From: Crocinitomicaceae bacterium
Lineage (GTDB): Bacteria; Bacteroidota; Bacteroidia; Flavobacteriales_D; Crocinitomicaceae
Assembly: GCA_963736585.1 (NCBI GenBank)
Contig: CAVTPI010000007.1
Span: 322,568-386,567 of the forward strand
Reading direction: 5' to 3'
Length of the DNA stretch: 64,000 nucleotides
Numbering within the stretch: position 1 is the first letter of the stretch; the number at the start of each line of letters is the position of its first letter. The translations under genes and the position numbers were made by a program. Shown piece by piece: positions 39,746-49,084 of the stretch. Below the pieces are notes generated by a model, which saw only the letters and a program-made list of their open reading frames with translations, ran no database searches and was not told the DNA's origin.

Positions 39746-42304
39746 ATGAAAATTTTATTACTCGCTTTATCGTTAATCTTCGCCGTATTTAGTTATGGTC
39801 AGTTACGTGGTGAAAGTATCTCATTTAAACATTACAAAAACAATGCCGACAATACGCCAATTAATTTTGCTGTAAAAGGTGCTTATCATTCTATTACCTC
39901 GGTTAAAGATATTCACTATAAATACAGTGCAGGCGGATGGCACTACATTAACTGTACTCCAAAACAAGTTGGTTTATTATTAGAGCGCGGCACAATTGAG
40001 CAAATTTATTTTGAGCCGTCTGCGCCACGCTTATTGAACGACACCATGCGCATTGTTCAAAATGTAGACAGTGTGCACCAAGGGCAAGCCCCTTTAATTG
40101 GTGCCTTTACAGGGCAAGATGTTATTATTGGATACATTGATACTGGCATTGACTATAACCATGAAGATTTTAAAAACGAAGACGGAACTACCCGAGTATT
40201 GTATTACTGGGATCATTCACTAGGTATAGACGCTGAACGTACGCCAGAAAAATATGGATACGGTCAAGTATGGTCAAATGCCGATATTGATGCAGGTATT
40301 TGCACTTCGTCAGACGGAAGTGCACACGGAACCACAGTTTCTGGTGCAGGATCTGGAAACGGACGTGCCACAGGAACGCACAAAGGTGTTGCCCCAAATT
40401 CAGACATTGTTATTGTTGAAACAAATTTTGGTTTACCCAATTGGACACTTACCATTGCAGATGCTGTGGACTTTATTTTTTCTATGGCTGATTCATTAAA
40501 TAAGCCTGCTGTTGTAAATGCAAGTTTAGGCACCTATTTAGGAAGCCATGATGGCACTGATCCTGCCAGCGTGGTTATTGATAGTTTACTGGATGCTCAG
40601 CCGGGACGCATTATGGTTTCTGCGGCGGGTAATTCGGGCAATCAGGGTAAATACCATGTGAGTGGTCTTGTTGATTCAGATACTTCGTTTTGCTGGTTTG
40701 ATGTTAACCCTTCTTCTGCTTTTGGTGTACCGGCTGTTTATATGGATATGTGGGCTGATACAGCTGATTTTGCAAATGTACAATTTGCTTTTGGAGCTGA
40801 TAAAGTTGACCCCGATTTTGAATTTAGAGGACGAACCGCGTTTTATACCATTGCCCCTTTGTTAGGTACAACAACATTGGATACCATATTTGTAGACGGC
40901 AATGCAATATCTCCGGTAGAATTTTATGCCGAGGAGGTGAATGGCGTGTATCATATTGAAATGGTAATGTTAGACCCGGATTCAGCCGATTATTATTTTC
41001 GCTTTGAAACAACGGGTTCAGGTGTGTATGATGCTTGGTCGGGGGCTTGGCTTGGCGCTTCGGATATGGTTAGTGAGGGGCTACCCTCAATGGCGGATTT
41101 TCCTGACATAGCCAATTATCACGCTCCGGATACGTTAAAAACAATTGTTAGTTCATGGACGTGCTCTCCAAAAGTGGTAACTGTTGGAAACTTCAAAAAT
41201 CAATATGATTATATTGACTACAATGGTGACCCGTTTGTACTTTCCGGTGGTCCGGCAGGGCAATTAAGCTTAAACTCGAGTAAAGGACCCAACCGAAAGG
41301 GGCATGTCAAACCAGATGTTTCTGCAACGGGAGACGGTATAATGAGTTCTTGTCCGCTTTGGCTTTCAACTTCTTTAATTACAACAAACCCAAGTATGCT
41401 GGCTGAGGGCGGGCAACATGTACGAAACGGAGGTACATCAATGGCTTCTCCTGTAATTGCGGGTATTGCGGCTCTTTATTTAGAAAAATGTCCAACAAGT
41501 ACCTATCAAGACTTTTTAGATGCATTGCACACCAATGCTTATGAAGATTTATTTACAGGAACAACCCCCAACATGGGATACGGATATGGAAAAGTAAACG
41601 CTTTCCAGTTATTGAATACCACTAATTTTGACGTTACACTTGTAGGAGACACATTAATCTGTGATGACCCCGCGGTGTTTTATACAGAGGAGGATGATTT
41701 TGATAAGTATGCTTGGTATAACGGCGAAACTACCTCAGATATTATGCTAGATGAAACGGCTGATGTTTCTGTGATGGTGGCAAATGACAAAGGGTGCGTT
41801 GCCCTTTCGGATACAATTAGGGTAATTAAAGGTACGCTGCCAACTTTCCCTGTTATTAATATTATTGGTGGTGGGTTAATCACCACACCGGCAGATTCGT
41901 TTATTTGGTATTACAACGACATACCAATAGACGATTCTGACGCTCAGTATTACAACCCGGACACTACGGGCAACTACTCTGTACAGGTTTTTAGCCCCGA
42001 AGGTTGTTCTTATTTTTCTGACGAGCGATACATTGATTTATCTACAATTACAGAGTTGAATAAAAATGAGTTTGTTATTTTCCCTAATCCATTTGTCAAC
42101 GAATTTAAAATTATTAAGAATGACTTCATCAATGTAAACTTAGTTGTAACCGATATTAGCGGTAAATTAGTTTATGCAGATCAAGACATTGCAGAGGACG
42201 ACTTATTTATATCAGTGGATCTAACTGGTATGGAAAGTGGGGTTTATTTATTAAGCATGTATTACGACAACAACTTTAAAAGTTTCAAACTCATAAAACA
42301 ATAA
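39746..42304 (+). CDS. S8 serine protease with T9SS type A sorting domain
   Basis: IDTG, HGTTVSG, GTSMASP; C-terminal IFPNP...DISGK...GVYLL...KLIKQ. Confidence 0.93.
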   Translation: MKILLLALSLIFAVFSYGQLRGESISFKHYKNNADNTPINFAVKGAYHSITSVKDIHYKYSAGGWHYINCTPKQVGLLLERGTIEQIYFEPSAPRLLNDTMRIVQNVDSVHQGQAPLIGAFTGQDVIIGYIDTGIDYNHEDFKNEDGTTRVLYYWDHSLGIDAERTPEKYGYGQVWSNADIDAGICTSSDGSAHGTTVSGAGSGNGRATGTHKGVAPNSDIVIVETNFGLPNWTLTIADAVDFIFSMADSLNKPAVVNASLGTYLGSHDGTDPASVVIDSLLDAQPGRIMVSAAGNSGNQGKYHVSGLVDSDTSFCWFDVNPSSAFGVPAVYMDMWADTADFANVQFAFGADKVDPDFEFRGRTAFYTIAPLLGTTTLDTIFVDGNAISPVEFYAEEVNGVYHIEMVMLDPDSADYYFRFETTGSGVYDAWSGAWLGASDMVSEGLPSMADFPDIANYHAPDTLKTIVSSWTCSPKVVTVGNFKNQYDYIDYNGDPFVLSGGPAGQLSLNSSKGPNRKGHVKPDVSATGDGIMSSCPLWLSTSLITTNPSMLAEGGQHVRNGGTSMASPVIAGIAALYLEKCPTSTYQDFLDALHTNAYEDLFTGTTPNMGYGYGKVNAFQLLNTTNFDVTLVGDTLICDDPAVFYTEEDDFDKYAWYNGETTSDIMLDETADVSVMVANDKGCVALSDTIRVIKGTLPTFPVINIIGGGLITTPADSFIWYYNDIPIDDSDAQYYNPDTTGNYSVQVFSPEGCSYFSDERYIDLSTITELNKNEFVIFPNPFVNEFKIIKNDFINVNLVVTDISGKLVYADQDIAEDDLFISVDLTGMESGVYLLSMYYDNNFKSFKLIKQ

Positions 42305-42387
42305 GAATAAACGTTGTTTTTATAGGCTTTACAAGGGCATTATCTCAATAATTTTTTATTTTTGCCAACTATTCATAAAATTTAAAA

Positions 42388-42825
42388 ATGAATTTACAAG
42401 GTTTAATTTCTATTTCGGGAAAACCCGGATTATTTAAAGTTGCCGCTCAAGGGCGCAATAATATAATTGTTGAATCATTAGATAACGGAAAGAAGTTTCC
42501 GGCATTTGCCAGCGATAAAATTTCTGCGTTAGAAGATATTAGTATCTACACATACGAAGAAGACGTTCCGTTAATTGAAGTTTATAAAAAACTGGCCGAA
42601 CGTGTGAATTATGGTAAAGCAATTAGCCATAAAGAAAAACCAGAGACCTTACGCGAAGAGTTAACCGCTTTTTTGCCTGATTTTGATGAAGACCGTGTGT
42701 ACGATTCAGATATTAAAAAACTATTTCAGTGGTACAATATATTGGTTGATAAAGGATTTGTTTATCGTGCTGAGGAGACAGAAGAAGAAACAGCATCAAC
42801 CGCTAAAAGTGAAGAAGAGGAATAA
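42388..42825 (+). CDS. DUF5606 family protein
   Basis: ISISGKPGLFK, SALEDISIYT, FDEDRVYDSDIKKLFQWYN. Confidence 0.85.
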   Translation: MNLQGLISISGKPGLFKVAAQGRNNIIVESLDNGKKFPAFASDKISALEDISIYTYEEDVPLIEVYKKLAERVNYGKAISHKEKPETLREELTAFLPDFDEDRVYDSDIKKLFQWYNILVDKGFVYRAEETEEETASTAKSEEEE

Positions 42826-42853
42826 CTTTATTCTTGCACAAACTATTTTATAC

Positions 42854-42894
42854 AAAAAGTCCCGAAAGGTTTATTCTTCCGGGACTTTTTTTTT
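42854..42894. terminator. Bidirectional intrinsic terminator
   Basis: AAAAAGTCCCG...CGGGACTTTTTTTTT between convergent genes. Confidence 0.8.
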
Positions 42895-43060
42895 AATTTA
42901 AAATAAGTTCAACTTGACCAACCGTTTGGTCTTGTGTCCGATTACTTTGCAAAACCTCTATGGATTTTGAAAAGTTCAGTAAGCTGTTAATGACCGAGTT
43001 CTTCGGTGATTTTTTTGCTGTTTTCGGTTCTTTCGTGTTACTAGTGTAGACTTTTGTCAT
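42893..43060 (-). CDS. Unannotated 55-aa small protein
   Basis: Manual translation MTKVYTSNTKEPKTAKKSPKNSVINSLLNFSKSIEVLQSNRTQDQTVGQVELILN*. A-rich translation initiation region; ends at the terminator. Resembles, from memory, small proteins found after this ECF sigma in Bacteroidota. Confidence 0.65.
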   Translation of the reverse strand: MTKVYTSNTKEPKTAKKSPKNSVINSLLNFSKSIEVLQSNRTQDQTVGQVELILN

Positions 43061-43150
43061 AGGCTATTTCTATTATTTTTTTGTTCGTCCTTAATATAAA
43101 CCTGTTTTTTTTAGGATTATTGTAAGAGGGTGGAAAAAAAATTTGATTCA

Positions 43151-43192
43151 AAATAAAAATTACAGCAACACGCTTTTGTCCGCGTTGCTGTA
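43151..43192 (-). terminator. Terminator after the 70-aa ORF
   Basis: TACAGCAACGCG...CGTGTTGCTGTA followed by ATTTTATTTT on the - strand. Confidence 0.7.
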
Positions 43193-43203
43193 GTGGCTAA
43201 TTT

Positions 43204-43416
43204 TTAGTGAATGTCTTGCAGCCTCAATTTTAAAAATGCCACTTCGTTTGCTATTTCTAGAAGCTGATTTTTAGCAGTGTAGGAGGCTTTATGCGTCCTC
43301 ATTAATTTTTCGTAGTCTCTAACTTGACTGACTAGTAAATCCATAGTTTTGAAAATTTCAATTTTAGCCGCTTTGTTTTGCGCGTTTGATTTGATTGTTT
43401 TTTGTTGTTTTGTCAT
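43204..43416 (-). CDS. Hypothetical ~70-aa basic helical protein (ATG 43416; alternative GTG 43443)
   Basis: ORF with A-rich initiation region and its own terminator; no recognised family. Confidence 0.6.
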   Translation of the reverse strand: MTKQQKTIKSNAQNKAAKIEIFKTMDLLVSQVRDYEKLMRTHKASYTAKNQLLEIANEVAFLKLRLQDIH

Positions 43417-43443
43417 ATCTCTTTTTTTTATTGAGACAACCAC

Positions 43444-43556
43444 ACCGCTTAAGAGTGCAGCTACAAGACATTCGTTAAAAATACTATCCCGACCCGTCGG
43501 GACTGGAGATTTTTAGCGAATTTCACTTTAGTCTTGTAGCGAAATGAATAAGCGGT
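43444..43556. ncRNA. Putative structured RNA (113-nt interrupted rod); family unassigned
   Basis: Four nested inverted repeats: 43444-51/43549-56, 43460-69/43531-40, 43470-82/43509-21, 43487-92/43497-502. Confidence 0.55.
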
Positions 43557-43676
43557 ATCTTGGTCGGCTTATAAAAAAGAAGGGCAAAAAAACGGATCAA
43601 AATTAAAAGCCGGAGAGAAGGAATTAGCTTTATTCAATCCAAAGAAATTGCGTATTAATTAAGTTCCTAAAAGGAA

Positions 43677-43715
43677 TAAAACAACAAAGCAACTCCATAC
43701 AGAAGCTGCTTTGTT
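43677..43715 (-). terminator. Terminator of the ECF sigma gene
   Basis: AACAAAGCAGCTTC-TGTAT-GGAGTTGCTTTGTT followed by GTTTT on the - strand. Confidence 0.7.
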
Positions 43716-43753
43716 ATGCATTATTAAATGCTAAATAGTTTTTCTTATTGCCT

Positions 43754-44350
43754 TTAAACAGTAATACTCACATTGTGCTTATCAACTAATTTTCTTAAGT
43801 TAATTAAAGCATAACGCATGCGTCCCAAAGCGGTATTAATACTAATATCCTCTTTATCTGCAATGTCTTTAAACGACATTCCTTTAAAAATTCGGTTTTT
43901 TAACACGTCTCGTTGTTCGTTTGGTAAATATTCTACCAACCGCACCACGTCTGATTCGATTTGCGATTTAATTAAATCATCCTCTACATTTTTGTCTGTT
44001 AACTTAAGTACAGAAAAAATGTTAAAGTCGTCGCTTTGTGAACTTGATTCAGAAACCATCTTCATTTTATTAGAACGTCTGAAGTGATCGACCACCATGT
44101 TATGTGAAATGGTTAAAACCCACGGTAAAAACTTACCTTCCTCGTTGTAAGAACCATTTTTAAGCGTTTTAATTACTTTGATGAAAACATCTTGAAAAAT
44201 GTCGTTCGCCAAATTTTCATTGCGCACTTTAGAAATAATATAACCAAAAATACGGTCTTTATTTCTTACTAATAAATGTTCAAATGATTTTTCGTCGCCA
44301 TTTAAATATTGGCGTATTAATTCTTGATCAGATACAATTTCAGTTGCCAT
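43754..44350 (-). CDS. ECF RNA polymerase sigma factor (conserved Bacteroidota type)
   Basis: DIFQDVFIKVI...YNEEGKFLPWV, SINTALGRMRYALINLRK. Confidence 0.93.
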   Translation of the reverse strand: MATEIVSDQELIRQYLNGDEKSFEHLLVRNKDRIFGYIISKVRNENLANDIFQDVFIKVIKTLKNGSYNEEGKFLPWVLTISHNMVVDHFRRSNKMKMVSESSSQSDDFNIFSVLKLTDKNVEDDLIKSQIESDVVRLVEYLPNEQRDVLKNRIFKGMSFKDIADKEDISINTALGRMRYALINLRKLVDKHNVSITV

Positions 44351-44451
44351 AAGTATACTCGTTTGGGTACGCTATTACACGGACCATTTTTCGTTTCAAA
44401 TTTTAAGAGTAGACTTATTTATCAATAGGCATTTAAATTTTATGTATCTTC

Positions 44452-44482
44452 CAAATATAGGGCAAAAGCAACAACTTTCAAA
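44452..44482 (-). promoter_or_regulatory. Housekeeping promoter of the ECF sigma gene
   Basis: TTTG, 19-nt spacer, TATATTTG on the - strand. Confidence 0.65.
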
Positions 44483-44628
44483 ATTCCGTTCGAATCGTTT
44501 CTTAATCTGCCCTTCACATTGACTTAACGAAACGTATTGCAAAAGGGTTGGTAAAAAATCAAAAAAAATCTTTTTTTTTCAAATAAGTTCATTTTTTCGT
44601 GCCGAACAATTCTGTTTTGCAACTGTTT

Positions 44629-44662
44629 TTTGAAATTAATGGGCAGATAAGCCCTATCTTTG
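44629..44662 (+). promoter_or_regulatory. Housekeeping promoter of uvrA
   Basis: TTTG (44629-32) and TATCTTTG (44655-62). Confidence 0.55.
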
Positions 44663-44688
44663 AACATCTGAAAAAACCAAGGAATTGA

Positions 44689-47484
44689 ATGAATGCTATA
44701 AAAAAAGCAATTGAAATAAAAGGTGCACGCGTACACAACCTAAAAAACATTGATGTTTCTATCCCTCACAACGAATTTGTTGTAATAACAGGCTTATCCG
44801 GTTCGGGTAAAAGTTCGCTTGCGTTTGATACGTTATTTGCCGAAGGTCAACGCCGTTATGTTGAAAGTTTATCATCTTATGCGCGTCAATTCTTGGGTAA
44901 GCTAGACAAGCCTGATGTAGATTATATTAAGGGCATATCTCCAGGAATTGCGATTGAACAAAAAGTTATTAGCACCAATCCACGGTCTACATTAGGTACT
45001 GTCACAGAAATTTATGACTATTTAAAGGTTTTATTTGCCCGCATAGGTAAAACATACAGCCCGGCAACAGGTGAAGAGGTAAAAAAACACAACGTTTCGG
45101 ACGTGGTGGATTTTGTGCATAAAAAGCCAGACGGGGTGCGTTACATGATACTCGCCCCCTGGATTATAAAAAAAGGAGTAACCGCGGCTAAAGCTGTAGA
45201 AACATTAATCTCACAAGGCTTTACTAAAGTGCTGATTAATGACGAAACCTATGATTTAGCTGAGTTAGAACCAAAGAAATATAAAAAAGACAACAGTTTT
45301 ATTATCATTGACCGATTGAGCCATCAGTTAGCAAATGAGGATTATGATTCGCGTCTGGCAGACTCTATTCAAACGGCATTTTACGAAGGGTATGGTACGT
45401 GTATCGTGTATACGTTAGACGACGATCAAAAAACGGATTTTTCAAATCGGTTTGAATTAGATGGTGTTGAATACATTGAACCGTCTATCAATTTTTTTAC
45501 GTTTAATAACCCCTATGGCGCGTGTAAAACATGCGAGGGCTATGGAAATACCATTGGTATTGATGAGAATTTAGTTATTCCGGATAAAGGACTTAGCATT
45601 TATGATGATGCTGTTGCCCCGTGGCGTGGCGAAAAAATGCGCGAGTGGAAAGAAAGCTTAATTGCGCGCGCCAGCCGATATGATTTTCCAATTCACCGTC
45701 CGTACAACGAATTAACAGAAGAACAAATAGACCTTTTGTGGAACGGGCGTTCGGATGTGGAAGGTTTGTACGATTACTTTGATTATTTACAGTCAAAATC
45801 GTATAAAATTCATTACCGCATTATGTTGTCTCGCTATCGTGGCAAAACGAAATGCCCCGACTGTAAGGGTACGCGATTAAGAAAAGAAACCAATAATGTA
45901 AAAATAGACGGGCGAACCATTAGCAGCATGCTTTTGCTTCCGGTAGATGAATTAGCCGTTGTTTTTGCAGAATTAAAGTTGGATGAACATCAAGCTGAAA
46001 TTGCAAACCGATTACTTTTGGAAATTAAAAACCGCCTGCGCTATTTAAATGATGTGGGCTTGGGTTATTTAACGTTAAATCGCCAATCGGCCACACTTTC
46101 TGGTGGAGAATCGCAACGGATTAACTTGGCGACTTCATTAGGCAGTAGTTTGGTTGGCTCTATGTATATATTGGACGAACCTAGCATTGGTTTGCACCCA
46201 CGAGACACTCACCGACTCATTGCTATATTACAACAGCTAAAAGAAGTAGGCAACACGGTAATTGTGGTGGAGCATGAAGAAGAAATAATGCGTGCCGCAG
46301 ATCAAATTATAGACATTGGACCTAAGGCGGGAAAGTTTGGTGGTGAAATTGTATTCCAGGGACCTCATAAAAACTTATTAAAGGCCAAAAACAGCCTAAC
46401 GGCGGCTTACCTTACTGGAAAAATTGAAATACCGTTGCCGAGCCGGCGTAGAAAAATGAATAGTTATATTCAAATAAATGGCGCGCGCGAAAATAACTTG
46501 AAAAACATCACCACTAAAATTCCATTAAATGGTTTGATTTGCATTTCGGGCGTTAGTGGATCTGGTAAATCAACGTTGGTTAAACAACTATTTTACCCGG
46601 CAATGCTTAAAGCGTTAGGCAAATCAAGCAATAAAATTGGTGAATTTAATGGGTTAACAGGCGATATTAAGCGAATAGAAGATGTAGAAATGGTGGATCA
46701 AAACCCGATTGGAAGGTCATCACGGAGTAACCCTGCAACTTATGTAAAAGCGTTTGATTATATCCGCGAATTGTTTTCTAAACAACAATTATCTAAAATG
46801 CGTGGGCTTAAACCAGGCTTTTTCTCATACAACGTTCCCGGTGGAAGGTGTGAGGTGTGCAAAGGAGAGGGAGAAATTACCATTTCTATGCAGTTTATGG
46901 CTGATGTAAAGCTAGAGTGCGAAGAATGTAAAGGAAAACGCTATACAACTGAGGCATTGGAGGTGGAAGTGCGTGAAAAAAACATTAACGACATTTTAAA
47001 TTTATCAATTGAAGATGCTATTGACTTTTTTGATGCGGATGATCGATTAGAAACTAAAATTTTAGACCGCATTCAACCGCTTTATGATTTAGGTTTGGGA
47101 TACTTAACACTGGGGCAATCATCTAGCACATTGTCAGGTGGAGAGGCACAGCGGGTTAAGTTAGCTTCTTTTTTAACAAAGGGTAAAAGTTCGGTAACTC
47201 CTACCCTATTTATTTTTGACGAACCGACTACGGGCTTACATTTTCATGATATTGATAAGCTAATTATTGCTTTTAACGAATTGATAAAGCGGGGCCATTC
47301 TATCTTGGTGATTGAACACAACGCGGATGTTTTAAAATGTGCCGATTGGATTATTGACATTGGTCCGGAAGGTGGAAAAAACGGTGGGGCTATTGTTTTT
47401 GAAGGAACTCCGGAGGAACTGGCTCAACACAAAACGAGTTATACAGGTGAGTTTTTGAAGGGGAAACTGGAGGTTAGCGTATAA
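44689..47484 (+). CDS. uvrA: Excinuclease ABC subunit A
   Basis: Two ABC domains (GLSGSGKSS, GVSGSGKST, LSGGE twice), zinc fingers, AEGQRRYVESLSSYARQF. Confidence 0.96.
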   Translation: MNAIKKAIEIKGARVHNLKNIDVSIPHNEFVVITGLSGSGKSSLAFDTLFAEGQRRYVESLSSYARQFLGKLDKPDVDYIKGISPGIAIEQKVISTNPRSTLGTVTEIYDYLKVLFARIGKTYSPATGEEVKKHNVSDVVDFVHKKPDGVRYMILAPWIIKKGVTAAKAVETLISQGFTKVLINDETYDLAELEPKKYKKDNSFIIIDRLSHQLANEDYDSRLADSIQTAFYEGYGTCIVYTLDDDQKTDFSNRFELDGVEYIEPSINFFTFNNPYGACKTCEGYGNTIGIDENLVIPDKGLSIYDDAVAPWRGEKMREWKESLIARASRYDFPIHRPYNELTEEQIDLLWNGRSDVEGLYDYFDYLQSKSYKIHYRIMLSRYRGKTKCPDCKGTRLRKETNNVKIDGRTISSMLLLPVDELAVVFAELKLDEHQAEIANRLLLEIKNRLRYLNDVGLGYLTLNRQSATLSGGESQRINLATSLGSSLVGSMYILDEPSIGLHPRDTHRLIAILQQLKEVGNTVIVVEHEEEIMRAADQIIDIGPKAGKFGGEIVFQGPHKNLLKAKNSLTAAYLTGKIEIPLPSRRRKMNSYIQINGARENNLKNITTKIPLNGLICISGVSGSGKSTLVKQLFYPAMLKALGKSSNKIGEFNGLTGDIKRIEDVEMVDQNPIGRSSRSNPATYVKAFDYIRELFSKQQLSKMRGLKPGFFSYNVPGGRCEVCKGEGEITISMQFMADVKLECEECKGKRYTTEALEVEVREKNINDILNLSIEDAIDFFDADDRLETKILDRIQPLYDLGLGYLTLGQSSSTLSGGEAQRVKLASFLTKGKSSVTPTLFIFDEPTTGLHFHDIDKLIIAFNELIKRGHSILVIEHNADVLKCADWIIDIGPEGGKNGGAIVFEGTPEELAQHKTSYTGEFLKGKLEVSV

Positions 47485-47940
47485 GTTTTAGATGTTAGAG
47501 TGTTTTGCTTTAGTTTTTAGTCGCGAGTTGATAGTCGTGAGTTGATAGTCTTTAGTTTTTAGTCTTTAGATTGCTTTTGGTTGGAGATGTTAGATACTAG
47601 ATTGTTAGATGTTAGACCGCTTTGCTGATAGATGTTAGAGCGCTGTGCTTTAGTTTTTAATCTGTGGATTGCTTTTGGTTGGAGATGTTAGATACTAGAT
47701 TGTTAGATATTAGACCGCTTTGCTGATAGATGCTAGAGTGCTGTGCTTTAGTTTTTAGTCGTGAGTTTTTAGTCTTTAGATTGCTTTTGGTTGGAGATGT
47801 TAGACCGCTTTGCTGATAGATGCTAGAGTGCTGTGCTTTAGTTTTTAGTCGTGAGTTTTTAGTCTTTGGATTGCTTTTGGTTGGAGATGTTAGATACTAG
47901 ATTGTTAGATGTTAGACTTTAAATGTGAGATTATAGATAT
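47485..47940. repeat. Strand-biased higher-order tandem repeat built from heptamers
   Basis: GATTGCTTTTGGTTGGAGATGTTAGA at 47569, 47667, 47779, 47869 (periods 98, 112, 90). Intervening DNA also repeats (TTAGATG, TTTAGTC, CCGCTTTGCTGATAGATG). Confidence 0.92.
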
Positions 47941-47946
47941 TATTTT

Positions 47947-48297
47947 ATGAGTGAGGATCTTATTTTGTTTCTCGAGAAAGGTATTTATAAAGATTTAAGA
48001 ATTGGAAATGATTTTGGGAAACAACATTCTCTGAAATTAGACCTAATCAACTCTGGAAAATCTGTAGATTTCTTCATTTATAAATGTTCTGATAATTTTG
48101 AGATTAGCACATATCGTAACAAGATTGTATTAATTGGATTTTACGGAAAAGTGTATGATCTAATGAAAGTTTTAAAAGATAGTAGTAACCTGAGTTCGGT
48201 TAGATATGATAAAACGTGGAATTGTTATATTAACGAATTAGGAATCAAAATTTATATTGATGATGATGGTTCTTCTGAAAAAATTTTATTTGGATAA
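47947..48297 (+). CDS. Hypothetical AT-rich orphan protein (116 aa)
   Basis: ATG-initiated ORF filling the gap; visibly lower GC than its neighbours. Confidence 0.6.
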   Translation: MSEDLILFLEKGIYKDLRIGNDFGKQHSLKLDLINSGKSVDFFIYKCSDNFEISTYRNKIVLIGFYGKVYDLMKVLKDSSNLSSVRYDKTWNCYINELGIKIYIDDDGSSEKILFG

Positions 48298-48374
48298 CCT
48301 GTAGCCCCCCAATGGATAGATAAAAGTTAGAGATTATATAAATATAGCGTATTTAGTTGCGCCAATTAATTAAA

Positions 48375-49031
48375 CTATCCTCTCCTCCGCTCTAATAAAG
48401 AAAGCATCATTAGTCCCAGCATCAAGCGCTCATCTTCTCCTTCTTCTAAATTGGCTAGTTTGTCAACTTTAAAGCGTCGTCCAAAAAATGATTTTTCTTT
48501 GGAAAGCCGAATCACGGCATTATCTGTCCCACTGCGTTTTACGATATATTTTGGGTTAAACATATACCCCGTAAACATAGAAACTACCGGTACTTCACCT
48601 AACATTGCATCCCAAAATTTAGCCCATGGGTTCTCTTCTTGAATTAAAAATTCGGGTATGTTGTTGTTGTCATAAATTTCGTAATGCGCTTTTAACAATG
48701 ATTTGGCTCCTTTACGCCCAACTTTGCCAAATACTTCACCTTCTTCATTCGCAAAAGCGTAGGACGCATTAAAATCTATAATACGATCTGCATTGATGGT
48801 AAAAAGCAACTCTTCTTTTTTTTCGTTTGAAAAAACTTGAATGGCTTCTTTTAACTTAAACATTTTTTGACGCACGTAAACCAATGTCTTACCGCTGGCA
48901 TCTTTCGCAATGAAATCGTTAGACATGGTTCCGATTTTAAATTCAAATAGTAACGGATATTCATAATCCGTAATTTTTATTTGATTGGCAATGGTGCCTT
49001 TGTTATCTAAAATTTCATCAGAAGTGGACAT
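48375..49031 (-). CDS. LURP-one-related/scramblase (Tubby C-terminal-like) protein
   Basis: YVRQKMFKLKEAI, INADRIIDF, GKVGRKG motifs; terminal hydrophobic helix. Confidence 0.7.
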   Translation of the reverse strand: MSTSDEILDNKGTIANQIKITDYEYPLLFEFKIGTMSNDFIAKDASGKTLVYVRQKMFKLKEAIQVFSNEKKEELLFTINADRIIDFNASYAFANEEGEVFGKVGRKGAKSLLKAHYEIYDNNNIPEFLIQEENPWAKFWDAMLGEVPVVSMFTGYMFNPKYIVKRSGTDNAVIRLSKEKSFFGRRFKVDKLANLEEGEDERLMLGLMMLSLLERRRG

Positions 49032-49084
49032 ATTTTGGTGGTTTAAATTTTTATTTAAAAGTACACTTATCCATCAAATTGCCA

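Noticed and set aside
43444-43556. SRP RNA, tRNA or bona fide 6S RNA
   Set aside because: No SRP GGAA tetraloop/GCAG motif and no cloverleaf. Neither sequence nor context matches what I recall for flavobacterial 6S. Left unassigned pending an Rfam search.
47485-47940. CRISPR array
   Set aside because: The 26-bp unit recurs, but the DNA between units is itself repeated, spacing varies from 90 to 112 bp, and no cas genes are nearby.
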